Assembly: GCA_964549615.1 (NCBI GenBank)
Contig: CAZJVP010000097.1
Coordinates: 1-11,747, forward strand
DNA from: an uncultured Thermococci archaeon
Lineage (GTDB): Archaea > CAYQAE01 > CAYVLA01
Direction: 5' to 3'
Length of the DNA stretch: 11,747 nucleotides
The notes under the pieces: model-generated
What the model was told of the DNA's origin: nothing
Databases searched by the model: none
Seen by the model: the letters and a program-made list of their open reading frames with translations, nothing else
Shown here: positions 9,090 to 11,747 of the stretch, in pieces
How positions within the stretch are numbered: position 1 is the stretch's first letter
Layout of the letters: each line of letters opens with the position of its first letter
Translations under genes and position numbers: made by a program

Positions 9090-10256
9090 GTGCTCAGTCC
9101 CTGGGAAAGGGTCGTCCGCGAGATCCAACACGAGGAACCCGACCGCGTGCCATGGGGAGGCGAGGAGGTTTCGCAGCCCACGGCGGACATCGTGCTGGGA
9201 AGGCCCTCGCTCCTCGGGATGGGAGGAGCGCACAGAATCTTGGAACTTCACTCCGAGGGCAAGTACGCCGAGGCGCGAAGGAGGGTTGAGGCCGACGTCT
9301 ACGACCTTGCCAAGAAGCTGAAGATGGACCTTGTCTGCGTGCCCACGCTCCCGCCAAAGGAGGGAAAGCGGCCGAAGCTGTTGTCCAACCACGAGTGGAC
9401 CTACGGGGGCAATAGGCGCATCCGCACGGTCGAGGGGAACCTGCTGACCGTCGAGATAGACGAGGAGACCGGCCTCAGGGTGAAGCACCGGATGGACGAC
9501 CTAGAGGCGCTGGTGAGCGATCTTGAATCAGGGACGGCGGAGACGGAGGACCGGGCCACGGATGCCCTGCAGGATCTCTCTCCGCTCATACGGAGGTTGA
9601 AGCGGGATCTCAAGGTTGCTTTGCTCTTCCCGACCTGGAACTGTTTCCTCACGCATCCCGACTGGCTTGCAACCTTCCTGGAGGCCTTTCACAGGCGTCC
9701 AGACTTGATCATGCGCTTCGAGCGCGCGCAGGCAAGAAGGGCGATCGCATATGGCAAGGCGGCCATCGATGCCGGCTGCGATATCATCGGCATAGGGGGG
9801 GACCTTGCTTACAGGAATGGTCCGATGATATCGCCGGACAAATACCACAGGTTCATCCTCCCTTTCATGCGTAGGGAGTCCAAAGAGTTTCACAGGAAGG
9901 GCGCCTACGCCATGATAGCGTCCGACGGCAACCTGATGCCCATAGCCCATGACTACTTCATCGGGTCAGGCGTGGACGCGGCACGGGAGATAGAACCGGG
10001 GCCCATGGATCGATCCGAAGTCAAAGAGAAGTTCGGTGACAGGATCTGCCTGAACGGCAACGTCGACTGCGGGAGGACGCTGGGCCTGCTCGGCCCCACG
10101 GAGGTCGTAAGGGAGACGCTTGAGTGCCTCAGCCTGTGGGCGCCGGGCGGCGGCCACATAATCAGCTCTAGCAACACGATCAGCCCGAACGTCAAGCCTC
10201 AGAATTTCCTCGCCATGTGGCGCTCGATCTTCAGGTATGGCAACTACGGCAAGTGA
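9090..10256 (+). CDS. Uroporphyrinogen decarboxylase (URO-D) / MtaA-CmuA methyltransferase superfamily protein, function unknown
   Basis: N-terminal SPWERV...HEEPDRVP, GGDLAYRNGPMISP, SDGNL, KEKFGDRICLNGNVDC and APGGGHIISSSNTI...PQNFLAM. GTG start with GGAGG at 9076-9080. Confidence 0.88.
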   Translation: MLSPWERVVREIQHEEPDRVPWGGEEVSQPTADIVLGRPSLLGMGGAHRILELHSEGKYAEARRRVEADVYDLAKKLKMDLVCVPTLPPKEGKRPKLLSNHEWTYGGNRRIRTVEGNLLTVEIDEETGLRVKHRMDDLEALVSDLESGTAETEDRATDALQDLSPLIRRLKRDLKVALLFPTWNCFLTHPDWLATFLEAFHRRPDLIMRFERAQARRAIAYGKAAIDAGCDIIGIGGDLAYRNGPMISPDKYHRFILPFMRRESKEFHRKGAYAMIASDGNLMPIAHDYFIGSGVDAAREIEPGPMDRSEVKEKFGDRICLNGNVDCGRTLGLLGPTEVVRETLECLSLWAPGGGHIISSSNTISPNVKPQNFLAMWRSIFRYGNYGK

Positions 10257-10357
10257 GGGTACCTCGGGACGCTTGCGTAACCCGCACAACTATTGATCTT
10301 CTCGCAACCTCCGGTCCGAATCGTTGGGGGTTCTTTAATAGGGCTTGAAGGTGGTTC

Positions 10358-10507
10358 TTGCTTGGGGTACCTGTGTCCCAGGTGAGGCGGGCTGTCATCA
10401 GCTTGGCGTTCCTCCTTCTCGTCCTCCTTGCCGGGTACGCGCTGGTCAAACTCAAGCGGCTTAGTGGACGCCGCGCCGCCGCCCTTAGGACAAGGTACGC
10501 GCTCTAG
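10358..10507 (+). CDS. Putative small single-pass membrane protein (41-49 aa depending on start)
   Basis: (M)LGVPVSQVRRAVISLAFLLLVLLAGYALVKLKRLSGRRAAALRTRYAL*. TTTAATA lies at 10334-10340 and GAAGGTGG at 10347-10354. Alternative GTG starts are at 10373 and 10382. Confidence 0.45.
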   Translation: MLGVPVSQVRRAVISLAFLLLVLLAGYALVKLKRLSGRRAAALRTRYAL

Positions 10508-10622
10508 CCCACCGCGCCCCCGCGCCCTGCACGCCGCCGGCCGTACACGGCTTGCTCCCTCTCCTCCTGCCAGAGGCCTACAGATTTTTCACCTTCGCCC
10601 GCCAGATTGATGAGGCGACTCG

Positions 10623-10883
10623 ATGAAGCTCAATAAGCTGTTCGAGGAGCGATTCCACGAGAAGAGGGGAATCCTTGAGCGCGTCGATTACCTGTGGACG
10701 GAGAAGGTCCACCTCGACGGCAAGCCCGTTCAGAAGGGGTCGCTGTTCTTCTCGATCAACAAGGCGGCTGGCGGCGGATGGGTTTTCCTAGGAAGGCACT
10801 TCAACAGCATCCAGGGCGCGAGAAAGGAGGCTAGGAAGTACTGTAACGAGAAGGCCGCTGAGATTGCAGGCCCAAAGACCTAG
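10623..10883 (+). CDS. Hypothetical protein, 86 aa
   Basis: ATG start after TGAGGCGA, protein-like composition, GC-ending codons and no overlap with other genes. No family recognised. Confidence 0.75.
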   Translation: MKLNKLFEERFHEKRGILERVDYLWTEKVHLDGKPVQKGSLFFSINKAAGGGWVFLGRHFNSIQGARKEARKYCNEKAAEIAGPKT

Positions 10884-10957
10884 GCCACCCGCCCGCTCGT
10901 GCCGGACGACCCACCATCCCGCATCTCAGGCGAGCCGGACCCCGCCCGAGAGGATCC

Positions 10958-11257
10958 CTACGCCCCGGGCTCTATCTTTGTATAGTTGCCATCCTCGCCC
11001 TTTCGGAAGAACTCCCTGCCCTCGTCGTAGGTGACGGTCACGACGTTGCCTTGAAAATCCACGTCGACATCAACGATGTAATCGCTCAGGATCCTCGTCT
11101 CAACCCCTTGTTTGAGAAGCGAGGCTGCGCACTCGTCTAAGATGTTGAAGGCTTCCTTCATCTTGAATTTGTCAAAGGCATGCCTCGCCTTGTACTTCTT
11201 CTTCAGCACGTTGCCCATCTCGCCGCCCTGAACCTTCTTCCGACTGAAAAGGCCCAT
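10958..11257 (-). CDS. Hypothetical protein, about 99 aa, with N-terminal MGLFSRKK
   Basis: SD GGAGGT lies 7 nt before ATG 11257 (GTG 11260 is an alternative). A TATA-like element is upstream. No family recognised. Confidence 0.8.
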   Translation of the reverse strand: MGLFSRKKVQGGEMGNVLKKKYKARHAFDKFKMKEAFNILDECAASLLKQGVETRILSDYIVDVDVDFQGNVVTVTYDEGREFFRKGEDGNYTKIEPGA

Positions 11258-11318
11258 CACGCCAACCTCCGTCTCTTAAGACAGTCCCTATTCTTCCTTG
11301 GGTCCGTCACGCAGCCAC

Positions 11319-11330
11319 CATAAAAATGAC
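11319..11330 (-). promoter_or_regulatory. TATA-like element upstream of the 99-aa gene (may also terminate the upstream gene)
   Basis: The minus strand reads GTCATTTTTATG in the 11258-11335 spacer. Confidence 0.35.
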
Positions 11331-11335
11331 ACGGA

Positions 11336-11746
11336 TTATTTGGATTCTCTCTTTTTGGCCAATAGGGCAAGGATCAGCACAAGGCCCAAAGCCACACCTG
11401 AATCCCTCTCCGCCAACTGACTCCTCAAAGACAGCGGATAGTTCGTGAACAGCCTTGCAGGCCCGTAGTTTCCCTTGAGGAACTCCTCGGTCGCCCTTTG
11501 AAGAAAGATCTCGTGTCTGGACGTGTTGATCCCCAGACCCTTTGCCGCGGCGATCATCTCGGTCGCCTGCTCGATCAGGGCCTCGGCCACCGCCCTCTGC
11601 ACGGCAACGCTCAGATTGCCGATCCTGGCCGAAACGGCGTTCAGAAGCGGCTCGGTTTCGGCTGAGCGAAAGTCCGCCTGAACCGAGGATAAGTTCGCCT
11701 CCAGCTCGATCACGTCTGCGCCGATCCCCTTGGCCTCGAGGAAGTC
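11336..11746 (-). CDS. C-terminal part of a probable cell-surface protein with a C-terminal membrane anchor (partial, runs off the right edge)
   Basis: The frame stays open upstream of the track start (DFLEAKGIGADVIELEAN...). It is Ala/Glu-rich and helical, has sequons NLS, NLS and NTS, and ends GVALGLVLILALLAKKRESK (hydrophobic segment plus basic tail). Confidence 0.8.
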   Translation of the reverse strand, partial: DFLEAKGIGADVIELEANLSSVQADFRSAETEPLLNAVSARIGNLSVAVQRAVAEALIEQATEMIAAAKGLGINTSRHEIFLQRATEEFLKGNYGPARLFTNYPLSLRSQLAERDSGVALGLVLILALLAKKRESK

Positions 11747-11747
11747 C

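Noticed and set aside
10605-10670. TGATGA box C-like motif (possible C/D box sRNA)
   Set aside because: There are no properly spaced CTGA D/D' boxes downstream, and the motif overlaps the SD of the 86-aa gene.
10884-10957. Short repeats CCCGCCCG and GCCGGAC in the convergent spacer
   Set aside because: These are only 7-8 bp, GC-rich and irregularly spaced, so they are expected by chance. They are not CRISPR repeats or IS ends.
10623-11257. Two small genes as a toxin-antitoxin pair
   Set aside because: They are convergent rather than tandem, and neither shows PIN, RelE, HicA/B, HEPN/MNT, RHH or AbrB motifs.

Overview
GC-rich prokaryotic genomic DNA, probably archaeal. This lineage call is an inference from TATA/BRE-type promoters, GGAGGTG/GGTGA Shine-Dalgarno sites, a class III-like signal peptide on the solute-binding protein, N-glycosylation sequons and an oligo-T terminator. 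The left half is a complete five-gene Opp/Dpp-type ABC importer operon on the minus strand (SBP, permease B, permease C, ATPase D, ATPase F). A bacterial-type NAD+-dependent DNA ligase (ligA) is divergent from it. Next come a divergent pair, a xylose-isomerase-like TIM-barrel epimerase and a URO-D/MtaA-like protein, sharing one palindromic TATA element. The right end holds three small hypothetical ORFs and the 3' end of a membrane-anchored protein. The most notable observations are: (1) oppF needs a non-canonical start, most likely CTG; (2) the OppB permease has a ~70-aa insertion with two extra hydrophobic helices; (3) LigA sits in a probable archaeon and has changed conserved motifs; (4) the URO-D-like protein lacks the usual Zn ligands; (5) an unannotated single-TM microprotein is present. 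I saw no tRNA, rRNA, CRISPR array or mobile element, and I cannot show that the window holds one coherent new system.
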